Positions 9,768 through 16,845 of a stretch of 36,461 bases of DNA are shown here, one piece after another. Origin of the DNA: Verrucomicrobiota bacterium (GTDB taxonomy: Bacteria > Verrucomicrobiota > Lentisphaeria > Lentisphaerales > Lentisphaeraceae); contig JBDKFG010000050.1 of assembly GCA_039798785.1 (NCBI GenBank), positions 1 through 36,461 on the forward strand. The letters are read 5' to 3'. The notes under the pieces were generated by a model. That model saw only the letters and a list, made by a program, of their open reading frames with translations. It ran no database searches and had not been told where the DNA came from. Numbering within the stretch: the first letter of the stretch is position 1; each line of letters opens with the position of its first letter. Made by a program: the position numbers and the translations under genes.

Positions 9768-10316
9768 TCAGGATTTGAAGATCGACAGGATTTTTCCGCC
9801 TTTCAGGGCCTTGCGCAGCAAGGCCGGCGGCAGGGCGGAGGCGGTGTCGTGGATGGCGCAAAGCTGCTCCATCAGCTCGCTCAGCTCGAGCATCCGCTTC
9901 CTCGCCCCCGCGGCCTCCGGCGACTTCTCCTTCTCCGCCATCGCGACAAAGCCGCGCAAGGCCTTCAAGGTCGGCTCGATCTCGCGTTTGCGACGCTCGC
10001 GCAAGACCTGCAGGAAGACCTCCCAGGGATCCTTGTCGGCCGTGAACAGCTCCTTGCGGCGGCCCAGCGCGTTCGCCGGCTTCACCAAGCCCCAGTCGCG
10101 CAGCTCGCGCAGGCTGTTGCTGACGTTGCTGCGCGCCACTCCGAGGGTCGCGGCGATGCTGTCGGCGTCGAGCGCCTCGTCCCAGATCCACAGCAGCGCG
10201 TGGATCTGCGCCACGGTGCGGTTGACTCCCCATTGCGGCCCCATCTCGCCCCAATGCAGGATGTAGGCCTCCATCGAGGGGCTCAGGGCCACTTTCAAAC
10301 TGTCGTCGTCGCTCAT
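9768..10316 (-). CDS. GbsR/MarR family transcriptional regulator
   Basis: ILHWGEMG.WGVNRTVAQIHALL; wHTH LGVARSNVS.SLREL..WGLV; ERRKREIEPTL. GGAG SD upstream. Confidence 0.9.
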   Translation of the reverse strand: MSDDDSLKVALSPSMEAYILHWGEMGPQWGVNRTVAQIHALLWIWDEALDADSIAATLGVARSNVSNSLRELRDWGLVKPANALGRRKELFTADKDPWEVFLQVLRERRKREIEPTLKALRGFVAMAEKEKSPEAAGARKRMLELSELMEQLCAIHDTASALPPALLRKALKGGKILSIFKS

Positions 10317-10439
10317 GATTTTCTCCGTTTGAGGTATTGATCTGAATTTTCAGTCGCGGCAGAAAAATGCAAGGGAGGCGGGGATGAGTCAACCTAGATA
10401 GATTCCATAAACTCGAGATCTCTGCACTCATTTGTGCCT

Positions 10440-10534
10440 GACTCCAAAGGAGTCTCAGAATTTAGCCCAGGGTTGAGCCGCATCGGCGACACCCTGGGTC
10501 TGAAGCAGTTATGAATTTTGACCCCAACGGGGTC
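10440..10534. repeat. REP-like palindrome cluster
   Basis: GACTCC-AAA-GGAGTC, then CCCAGGGT...ACCCTGGG with an inner GCCG/CGGC stem, then GACCCC-AAC-GGGGTC. Confidence 0.6.
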
Positions 10535-10606
10535 GCGGAGTCTATGGATGCAGGTGTGGAATCTGGGATCAAACGCAGAAGAGAGCAGGAAAAAGTAGTC
10601 GCGGGC

Positions 10607-11071
10607 TCATGATTTCAGAACTTCCAGATTTTCGCTCCACATCCGAAAGTCATCACAAACCGTGTCCCGGATTTTCAAGTCATTCATATTTAGCCAGACT
10701 TTCCCCCACAAATACCAAGTCGTGCTACTGAGGACAAGACCTTGCCCGTTCTGCTCAACCGCGTACTGGAAGTTGCCGATCTTCCCATCGACGTCTTTGC
10801 GATAAAAAAGATGCTGGACAAACGCTTTCGCTTTTCGGAGATCGGTCTCGACGAAGCGCGAGAAAGACTCGTAGGCAAAGCATGAGAGAAAGAAACCTTT
10901 GCTGGTCAGGGTAAAATAGATCAAACAGGTTTTTTCAACGGCATTCCCTCTGTCGCAAATTACGAAGCGATCAATCACTTCGCCCTTCATCAACCACTTC
11001 TCCATCCAGAGATGATTCGTGTGATAGGCATCGGCTCTAGGCTCAAAAACCGCGGGATCATTGTTCCACAT
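10607..11071 (-). CDS. Hypothetical protein (154 aa), visibly lower GC than neighbours
   Basis: ORF with GGAG upstream (CAGGAGATCTCC ATG); fills the gap; no recognised motif. Confidence 0.65.
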   Translation of the reverse strand: MWNNDPAVFEPRADAYHTNHLWMEKWLMKGEVIDRFVICDRGNAVEKTCLIYFTLTSKGFFLSCFAYESFSRFVETDLRKAKAFVQHLFYRKDVDGKIGNFQYAVEQNGQGLVLSSTTWYLWGKVWLNMNDLKIRDTVCDDFRMWSENLEVLKS

Positions 11072-11089
11072 GGAGATCTCCTGGAGAAA

Positions 11090-11124
11090 GCAAGAGCCGG
11101 GCTTGCGGATCTCGCAAGCCCGGC
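11090..11124 (-). terminator. Probable intrinsic terminator after biotin carboxylase
   Basis: 12-bp stem GCCGGGCTTGCG/CGCAAGCCCGGC followed by TCTTGCTTT on the minus strand, 8 nt after the stop. Confidence 0.6.
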
Positions 11125-11132
11125 GTTTGGAC

Positions 11133-12773
11133 TCAGTGGAAGTGGTGGCCGTAGAACTGGTTCACCGCTTCCGCGACGATCGCGGATTTGTAGCGGTTCT
11201 CCTTGCCGAAGCGTTCGTCGAAGAAGGGGGTGAACTTCTCGAGGAAGAGCTTGCGGATCTCGGTCATGGTTTCCGAGTTGTAGGTGTGGTTGATGAATTT
11301 CGGGTGGGAGATGACGAAGAGCTGGTGGGGTATGTTGTGGCGGAAGGATTCGCCTTCGACGATGAATTCGGAGAGGCCGCGGAAGAGGGCTTCGATCGCC
11401 TCCATCCGGTCCTTGCCGCGGCCGACGACCTTGGCGAACATCGGGTCGAAGGAGGTGAGGGTGTTGCCGGCGTGGAGGTAGCCGTAGTGGCGGATCCGGT
11501 CGGTGCGCTCGGGCGGGATGTATTTGGTGACCTTCTTGCCGCCCATCGGACCGTAGTTGGGATCGTAGGGATCGAGGTTGGTGATCCGGGCTTCGATCGC
11601 ATGGCCGCGGCATTCGACATCAGCTTGGTTCATTTCGACCGGGGCGCCGAAGGCGTGCATGATCTGGGAACGCAGGAGATCGACGCCCGTGATCGCGTTG
11701 GAGACCGGATGTTCGACCTGGATGCGGGTGTTCATCTCGAGGAAGTAGAGTTTCTGCGACTGCTCGTCGAAGATGCATTCGAGAGTGGACACCGAATCGA
11801 GTCCGCAGAGCTGAGCCAGCTTGGGTGCAGCGGCGATCATCTTCTGCAATTCAGCGGCGGCCGCAGGATCGTGCTGACGCAAACCTTCGGGAGTGAGCGA
11901 TTCCTCGATCTCCTTCTGCGAAGAGCGCATCAGGGTGCACTCGCGGCCAAAGAAGACCAGCTCGCGGAAGAGCTGCAGCTCGTAGTGACGGGAGATCTCG
12001 ATGTTGAGCTCCATGACGAAGTGCGAGCTCCAGCCGAGGGTGCGGGAGATTTCCTGCACCGCGGCGAATTTGCCGGGCAGATCGGCGGCGCCTTGGAAGA
12101 TGATCTGGCCGCGTCCGCCGCCACCGGAGACGTTCTTGAGCCGGAAACGGCGCTCGGTGAGCTCGGGATTCTCGGTGATCATCTTCTTGTGCGCGGCCAC
12201 CGCGTCTTCGAGAGTCTTGATGTCGCCGACACCCGGGACGCACTGCAGACCGGACTTGGTGGCGAGGTCTCGGGCGGAGTCCTTCGGCCCCATCAAGGCC
12301 TGGGTCTTGTGATTCGGGCCGATCCAGATGAAGCCTTCCTCGACCACTTGACGGGCGAACTCGGCGTCTTCGGAAAGCATGCCGTAGCCAGGGTGGACTC
12401 CGATGCGGAAATTGTCCTTGCCGAAGAGACGCTCGGCGTGTTTGCGGATGTTGCCAAAGGCGGTGAAGAGGATCGGCATGTCCATGTAGGGAGTCTTGGC
12501 GCGGCCGCCCTTGCGCTGCTCTTCAGAGAAGGAGTCGGGACCTATGCAGATGCGATATTCCGCCTGGTCGCAATAACCATATTGACCATCACCGGTGGTG
12601 TGCATGACGGCGGTGAAAACGTGCGGATGCATGATCTCTTTGGCGGCGCGCAGCGTGTCGTTGGCGATTTCGCCGCGGTTGCAGGAGATGACGAAGCAGG
12701 GCTTCTCCGGCTCCGGTATCGACTTGGTGATGTGGCGGCATTCGCTGTGAACGGTTTTCACGGACGGGGGCAT
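11133..12773 (-). CDS. Biotin carboxylase (ATP-grasp), divergent, stand-alone
   Basis: CNRGEIA, HPGYGMLSED, GGGGRG, FLEMNTRIQVEHPVS, HAIEARI. No biotinyl (AMKM) domain. AGGAG SD. Confidence 0.88.
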   Translation of the reverse strand: MPPSVKTVHSECRHITKSIPEPEKPCFVISCNRGEIANDTLRAAKEIMHPHVFTAVMHTTGDGQYGYCDQAEYRICIGPDSFSEEQRKGGRAKTPYMDMPILFTAFGNIRKHAERLFGKDNFRIGVHPGYGMLSEDAEFARQVVEEGFIWIGPNHKTQALMGPKDSARDLATKSGLQCVPGVGDIKTLEDAVAAHKKMITENPELTERRFRLKNVSGGGGRGQIIFQGAADLPGKFAAVQEISRTLGWSSHFVMELNIEISRHYELQLFRELVFFGRECTLMRSSQKEIEESLTPEGLRQHDPAAAAELQKMIAAAPKLAQLCGLDSVSTLECIFDEQSQKLYFLEMNTRIQVEHPVSNAITGVDLLRSQIMHAFGAPVEMNQADVECRGHAIEARITNLDPYDPNYGPMGGKKVTKYIPPERTDRIRHYGYLHAGNTLTSFDPMFAKVVGRGKDRMEAIEALFRGLSEFIVEGESFRHNIPHQLFVISHPKFINHTYNSETMTEIRKLFLEKFTPFFDERFGKENRYKSAIVAEAVNQFYGHHFH

Positions 12774-12808
12774 GTCGAGTTTTCTCCTGATGGTCTAAGT
12801 CAGCTCGC

Positions 12809-12837
12809 AATCTAGCCCGGGGAAAGCCACTTTCCAA
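12809..12837 (-). promoter_or_regulatory. Putative sigma70 promoter for biotin carboxylase
   Basis: TTGGAA-N17-TAGATT on the minus strand. Confidence 0.5.
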
Positions 12838-12887
12838 CGCTTGCGTCGGGCGGACGGGCGGACTGGGCGGACTCAGGGGAGTCCCCA

Positions 12888-12915
12888 TGGCCACTTTCTC
12901 CCCCCGCCCTAGATT
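12888..12915 (+). promoter_or_regulatory. Putative sigma70 promoter pointing into a gene-free region
   Basis: TGGCCA-N16-TAGATT followed by GC-rich TTCGCCCC; same -10 as the divergent promoter. Confidence 0.4.
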
Positions 12916-12921
12916 TTCGCC

Positions 12922-13120
12922 CCTCTTCAGGCTTAGCGTGAGAGCGCACAACCCCTGGAGCCATCACGCGTATCCAAGACAAGCTTTTTTGACCTTCGCT
13001 CCTGCCGCTCGACCCCATGGGGGTCGCTGTGCGACCCGCTTGGGGTCGAGCGGCAGAATTCGGCAGCATCCAGACCGGAAGCGTCTTGAGTTGGCTTCTT
13101 GGTGTCGCTCATGGGCTTGC
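12922..13120 (+). ncRNA. Candidate structured ncRNA, rod-shaped with central bubble (6S RNA-like)
   Basis: Nested pairings 12928-35/13112-19, 12942-46/13106-10, 12957-63/13092-98, 12975-80/13083-88; internal bubble; 16-bp stem 13002-17/13041-56 capped by 7-bp stem 13021-27/13031-37. G-U pairs favour the + strand. Confidence 0.45.
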
Positions 13121-13249
13121 GTTTCAACCATTCAACCTCTCAACCTTATCAACTTTTGAACTGCGGTTTTTAGGATCAAGGCTGCTAGCAGAACGACGAA
13201 CGACAAACAAAACAGCGCCAGGGGACTGGCGAGCCCCCAGGTGAGCACA

Positions 13250-13277
13250 GAAAAGCCGCGACCCGAAGGTCGCGGCT
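13250..13277 (-). terminator. Intrinsic terminator of the oxidoreductase gene
   Basis: AGCCGCGACC-TTCG-GGTCGCGGCT then TTT on the minus strand (UUCG loop). Confidence 0.8.
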
Positions 13278-13300
13278 GAAAGTTCATCCGAAAAACGGAA

Positions 13301-14581
13301 TTACTTCTTGGCCTTGGCTGCGACCTTGGCGGCTTTCTTTTCGACCTTGGCGGCCGGCTTGGCGGCTTTCTTTTCGACCTTGGCAGCCGGCTTGGCGGCT
13401 TTGCCAGCTTTTTCGGCCTTCTTAGCGGGTTTATCGGCCTTCTTCGCGGCCTTCTTCTCGGCCTTGACGGCTTTCTCGGCCTTCTTGGCGGCTTTTTTGC
13501 CGGACTTGGCGAAGTCAATGGTCTTGCCCTTGCGCACCGATTCGTCGGCGGCGAGGACGATCTTCAAGGAGTTGATCGCGTCTTCCATGTGCTTGGAGAG
13601 ATCGACGTCCTTGACGATGGCGTCGAGGAAGTAGCGCTGTTCGCGTTCGCACAGGCCGTTGTGATCGGGCTCGTCGCCGGTGGAGATCCAGTCATCTTTC
13701 TTGATGAACTCGTTGTTCTTGTCCTGGGCGGCGTGGTGGACGCGGATCTGCTCGGTCTTGGTGTGGGCGTCGACGTTGTCGGACTGCGACTCGTCGGAGG
13801 CGTTCTGCGCGGTGATGGTGACGCAGCCCTTGGGGCCCCAGACGTCCTTGACGAAGAAGGCCTTGGTGGAGGCCATCGGGCCCCAACCGGCTTCGTACCA
13901 GCCGACCGAGCCGTCTTCAAAGCGGACCTGGAGCTGGCCGTAGTTGTACATCTTGGGGTCGATCTGCTCGGAAAGGCGGGCGCCGATGGCGGAGACGCTG
14001 ACCGGGCGCGACTGGGTCATCAGGCACATCATGTCGACGTAGTGGACGCCGCAGTCGACGATGGGCGACATCGAGTTCATCAGGTTCTTGTGGGTGTCCC
14101 ACATCTTGCCTTTCGACTGCTGGTTGAGGTTCATCCGCATGACCAGGGGCTTGCCGAGTTTCTGGGCTTCGCTGACGAAGCGGGTCCACGAGGGGTGGTG
14201 GCGGAGGATATAGCCGACGACCAGTTTCTTATTGGCCTTTTTGGCGGCGGCGACGACGCGCTCGCAGCCGGCGACGGTGGGGGCGACGGGCTTCTCGAGG
14301 AAGACGTGGGCGCCGGCTTTGAAGGCCTTGAGAGCGTATTCTTCGTGGGTGTCGGGATAGGTGCTGATGCAGACGGCGTCCGGCTTGGCGGTGGCGAGGG
14401 CGGCGTCGTAATCGTCAAAGAGCTGGTATTTGCCGCCGAGCTCTTTATTGAGGGCGACTTTCGATTCACCGCGGGCGACAAGGCCGCAGATGTCGAATTC
14501 TTTGATGTTGTGATAGGCGAGGGCGTGCGACTTGCCCATGTTGCCGCAGCCGACGACGAGAACGCGGATCTTCTTGGCCAT
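13301..14581 (-). CDS. Gfo/Idh/MocA family NAD(P)-dependent oxidoreductase with Lys/Ala-rich C-terminal tail
   Basis: VVGCGNMG Rossmann motif, HVFLEKP, DCGVHYVD; last 69 aa are K/A/P repeats. Confidence 0.92.
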   Translation of the reverse strand: MAKKIRVLVVGCGNMGKSHALAYHNIKEFDICGLVARGESKVALNKELGGKYQLFDDYDAALATAKPDAVCISTYPDTHEEYALKAFKAGAHVFLEKPVAPTVAGCERVVAAAKKANKKLVVGYILRHHPSWTRFVSEAQKLGKPLVMRMNLNQQSKGKMWDTHKNLMNSMSPIVDCGVHYVDMMCLMTQSRPVSVSAIGARLSEQIDPKMYNYGQLQVRFEDGSVGWYEAGWGPMASTKAFFVKDVWGPKGCVTITAQNASDESQSDNVDAHTKTEQIRVHHAAQDKNNEFIKKDDWISTGDEPDHNGLCEREQRYFLDAIVKDVDLSKHMEDAINSLKIVLAADESVRKGKTIDFAKSGKKAAKKAEKAVKAEKKAAKKADKPAKKAEKAGKAAKPAAKVEKKAAKPAAKVEKKAAKVAAKAKK

Positions 14582-14898
14582 GTGGAGTTCCTGAGCTTGG
14601 GTTGTGGAGGAGGGGAAAACGGACCAAAAGAGAATACCGCAGCTTAGGCAGAATCCCCCGGGGTCCAGAGGAAAATTCCGGGCTTGTGACGGGGGAGCTT
14701 TCTGCCCCCATCAAACCCCAGACCATCGGGCTGGGCTGTCCAAAACGCGCCTTCAGCGCAAGCAGCCCTGAATCTAGAATTCGCTCTGGCCTGGAAGGCC
14801 GCCTTTGATAGCCAGCCCGTCGAGCTGGGTGAGACGCGGCAAAAGCGCCAGCCCGCTATTTGAAGCAGCGGGCCGGCGGCGGAATCACTTCGGAAGTC

Positions 14899-16287
14899 TT
14901 AGTGCAGGACTTCGGGATCCTTGTTGGTCTCGTCCTTGGCGTCAGCAGTGTCTGCAGACTTATCCCAGAAGCCGATGAAGAAGACGACAGCGATGACCGC
15001 AGCCATGATGGCAGGAAGGATCCAGAAGGTCTTCCACTGGGCCATGGTTTCGGTAATCAGCTTGGGGTCGACGGCAGCCGGCAGGTCAACAGAGAACATC
15101 TGCTTGAGCTTGTCGAGGAAGGAGAGCTCAGTCGCGGGGCGGGCGGCGGCGATGGCTTTCGACAGGTCGCCGTGCTGAGTGACTGTTTCTCCGTACTTGC
15201 CAAAGGCGACTTTGAAGCCAATGAACATGCCGACACCCTGGGTGAGGAAGACGAGCAGGGACTGAGCCTGGCCACGGATCTCTTTCGGCGCAGTCTTATC
15301 GGTGTAGATGAAGCCGGTGACAAAGAAGAAGTCGTAGCAGATGCCATGGAGGGCGATGGCGAGGAAGAGCATCCAAGTGACCGATTCCGGCGCGCCCATG
15401 GCGAACAGGAGGTAGCGCAGAACCCAGGCGCCCATGCCGATGAGGATCATCCACTTGACGCCGAGCTTGCGGAAGAAGAAGGGAATGAGAAGCATGAAGA
15501 CGATTTCCGACATCTGGCCGATGGTCATCGACGATGCCGCCTGAGTGAAGCCGCTGTCGGTCAGATAGTCAGGGGTGATGCCATAGTAGTAGGCAAGCGG
15601 GATGCAGATCAAGGTCGAGCAGATGGCGAAGACGGCGAAGGCGGGCTTCTTGAAGAGCGACAGAGCGTCGACCATGAAGATGGCGCGGGCGTTGATCGGC
15701 TGGCCTTTGGCGGGCGGCGGGGTGTGGGGCAGCATGAAACAGAAGAGGCCAAGGGCGATGGCGCTGATACCGGTAAGGAAGAAGATATTCAGGCTCTGAG
15801 TCCAGCCCATGAAGCCGTTGAAGAGGCCGGCGGCAATCCAACCGATGGTCCCCCAGACGCGGAGCTTGGGGAATTCCTGCTGGTCCTTGATGTTCGAGAA
15901 GGCGATGGTGTTGCCGAGTCCAAGGGTTGGCATGTAGCAAAGCATGTGCAGGAGGAAGAGATTTTCGATCATGCCGGCGTTGGCAACGGGATCCTTGGCG
16001 AGTCCTGGTATGGCGAGCATGGCGCCGCCGCCGATAAGGAAGAGAACGGCCATGACGATCTGCGAGGGGAAGAAGCGGTCGGCGATGATACCGAGGAAGA
16101 GCGGCGCGATCATCGCGGCGAGCGGGGCGCTGCCGTAGCCGGCGCCGATGCTGCCGCCAAGGCCGTTGGCACCAAGAGCCGGACCGAGCGCGGTGAACCA
16201 GGCACCCCAGGTGAAGAACTGAAGGAACATCATGATCGACAGCGGGATGACCGTCGACTTCGGCTTGGTGGAGCAGCAGCTTTCCAT
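14899..16287 (-). CDS. MFS nucleoside:H+ symporter family protein (NupG/XapB/YegT-like)
   Basis: LSIMMFLQFF.WGAW, G.IADRFF, FP.LRVWGTIGWI, LPHTPP, GQMSE, LHGICYDFFFVTG.IY.D. Start placed at the ATG after GAGG (16287). Confidence 0.9.
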   Translation of the reverse strand: MESCCSTKPKSTVIPLSIMMFLQFFTWGAWFTALGPALGANGLGGSIGAGYGSAPLAAMIAPLFLGIIADRFFPSQIVMAVLFLIGGGAMLAIPGLAKDPVANAGMIENLFLLHMLCYMPTLGLGNTIAFSNIKDQQEFPKLRVWGTIGWIAAGLFNGFMGWTQSLNIFFLTGISAIALGLFCFMLPHTPPPAKGQPINARAIFMVDALSLFKKPAFAVFAICSTLICIPLAYYYGITPDYLTDSGFTQAASSMTIGQMSEIVFMLLIPFFFRKLGVKWMILIGMGAWVLRYLLFAMGAPESVTWMLFLAIALHGICYDFFFVTGFIYTDKTAPKEIRGQAQSLLVFLTQGVGMFIGFKVAFGKYGETVTQHGDLSKAIAAARPATELSFLDKLKQMFSVDLPAAVDPKLITETMAQWKTFWILPAIMAAVIAVVFFIGFWDKSADTADAKDETNKDPEVLH

Positions 16288-16351
16288 GGATACCTCAGAG
16301 GTTTGGGAGTTACAAAAATTCTGCAAGATTTTTTCAGGCAGATGGAGCTCG

Positions 16352-16379
16352 ACTATACGGAGGCGGATGCAAATGTCAA
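16352..16379 (-). promoter_or_regulatory. Putative sigma70 promoter for the MFS gene
   Basis: TTGACA-N16-TATAGT. Confidence 0.65.
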
Positions 16380-16428
16380 ACTGAAGGCGTCATCATGACA
16401 CGGAGCAAGGAGAAAATCCACTCCAGAC

Positions 16429-16830
16429 CTAGTCCCAATCAAACCAACTCCAGTCCCCATTCGAGTGGCCGGCATTCTCCTTAACCTTGGAAAAAAGATG
16501 CCAGCAGAACAGCGCGTACACCAAGAGGATGCCGCCCAACACCTTGATCATCAAGCCACCGAATAAGCCCAGAATCCCAAGCCCGACAAAACTGACACGC
16601 AGCCACTGGGGCCGATGATCAAAGCCATTGAGAATGACGGCCAGGATCAGGAAGACGGGAATCGCTGGATAGAAGCTCAACACGTCCGCCCATTTGACCA
16701 GCAAGCCAAACCAGGTCTCGGAATTCGATTGACCGGAGGCCCAATGCAGACACACATTGAGAGAGAAAATACCCAGAAAACCAAGGCAGCTCAGCAGCGC
16801 CAGCAGATTGAACAGAATACGCTTCGTCAT
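16429..16830 (-). CDS. Hypothetical membrane protein (about 4 TM helices)
   Basis: Hydrophobic 133-aa ORF 15 nt downstream of the DUF2330-like gene. Confidence 0.7.
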   Translation of the reverse strand: MTKRILFNLLALLSCLGFLGIFSLNVCLHWASGQSNSETWFGLLVKWADVLSFYPAIPVFLILAVILNGFDHRPQWLRVSFVGLGILGLFGGLMIKVLGGILLVYALFCWHLFSKVKENAGHSNGDWSWFDWD

Positions 16831-16845
16831 CTCGATCCCCCGGAT

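Noticed and set aside
11061..12815. Long antisense ORFs (584 aa here; also 23607-25991, 26173-27984, 33047-34648, 34467-36224, 14860-16398)
   Set aside because: Shadow frames of highly biased GC-rich genes on the opposite strand, with no motifs.
12931..13060. Retron msr/msd-like look (CTTAGCG start, long hairpin)
   Set aside because: No reverse transcriptase in the window and no clear a1/a2 arrangement with a branching G.
12812..13244. Small ORFs (64-90 aa) across the candidate ncRNA region
   Set aside because: No SD, atypical composition, mutually overlapping, and no hydrophobic toxin-like peptide.
13186..13244. GCAGAACGACGAA resembling a tmRNA resume codon and tag
   Set aside because: The peptide does not end in an ALAA-like tag and there are no tRNA-like ends.
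14668..14685. GAGGAAAATTCCGGGCT resembles the RNase P RNA 5' motif GAGGAAAGTCCGGGC
   Set aside because: The match is imperfect, no 3' ACAGAAxxCGGCTTA partner is present, and the gap is too short.
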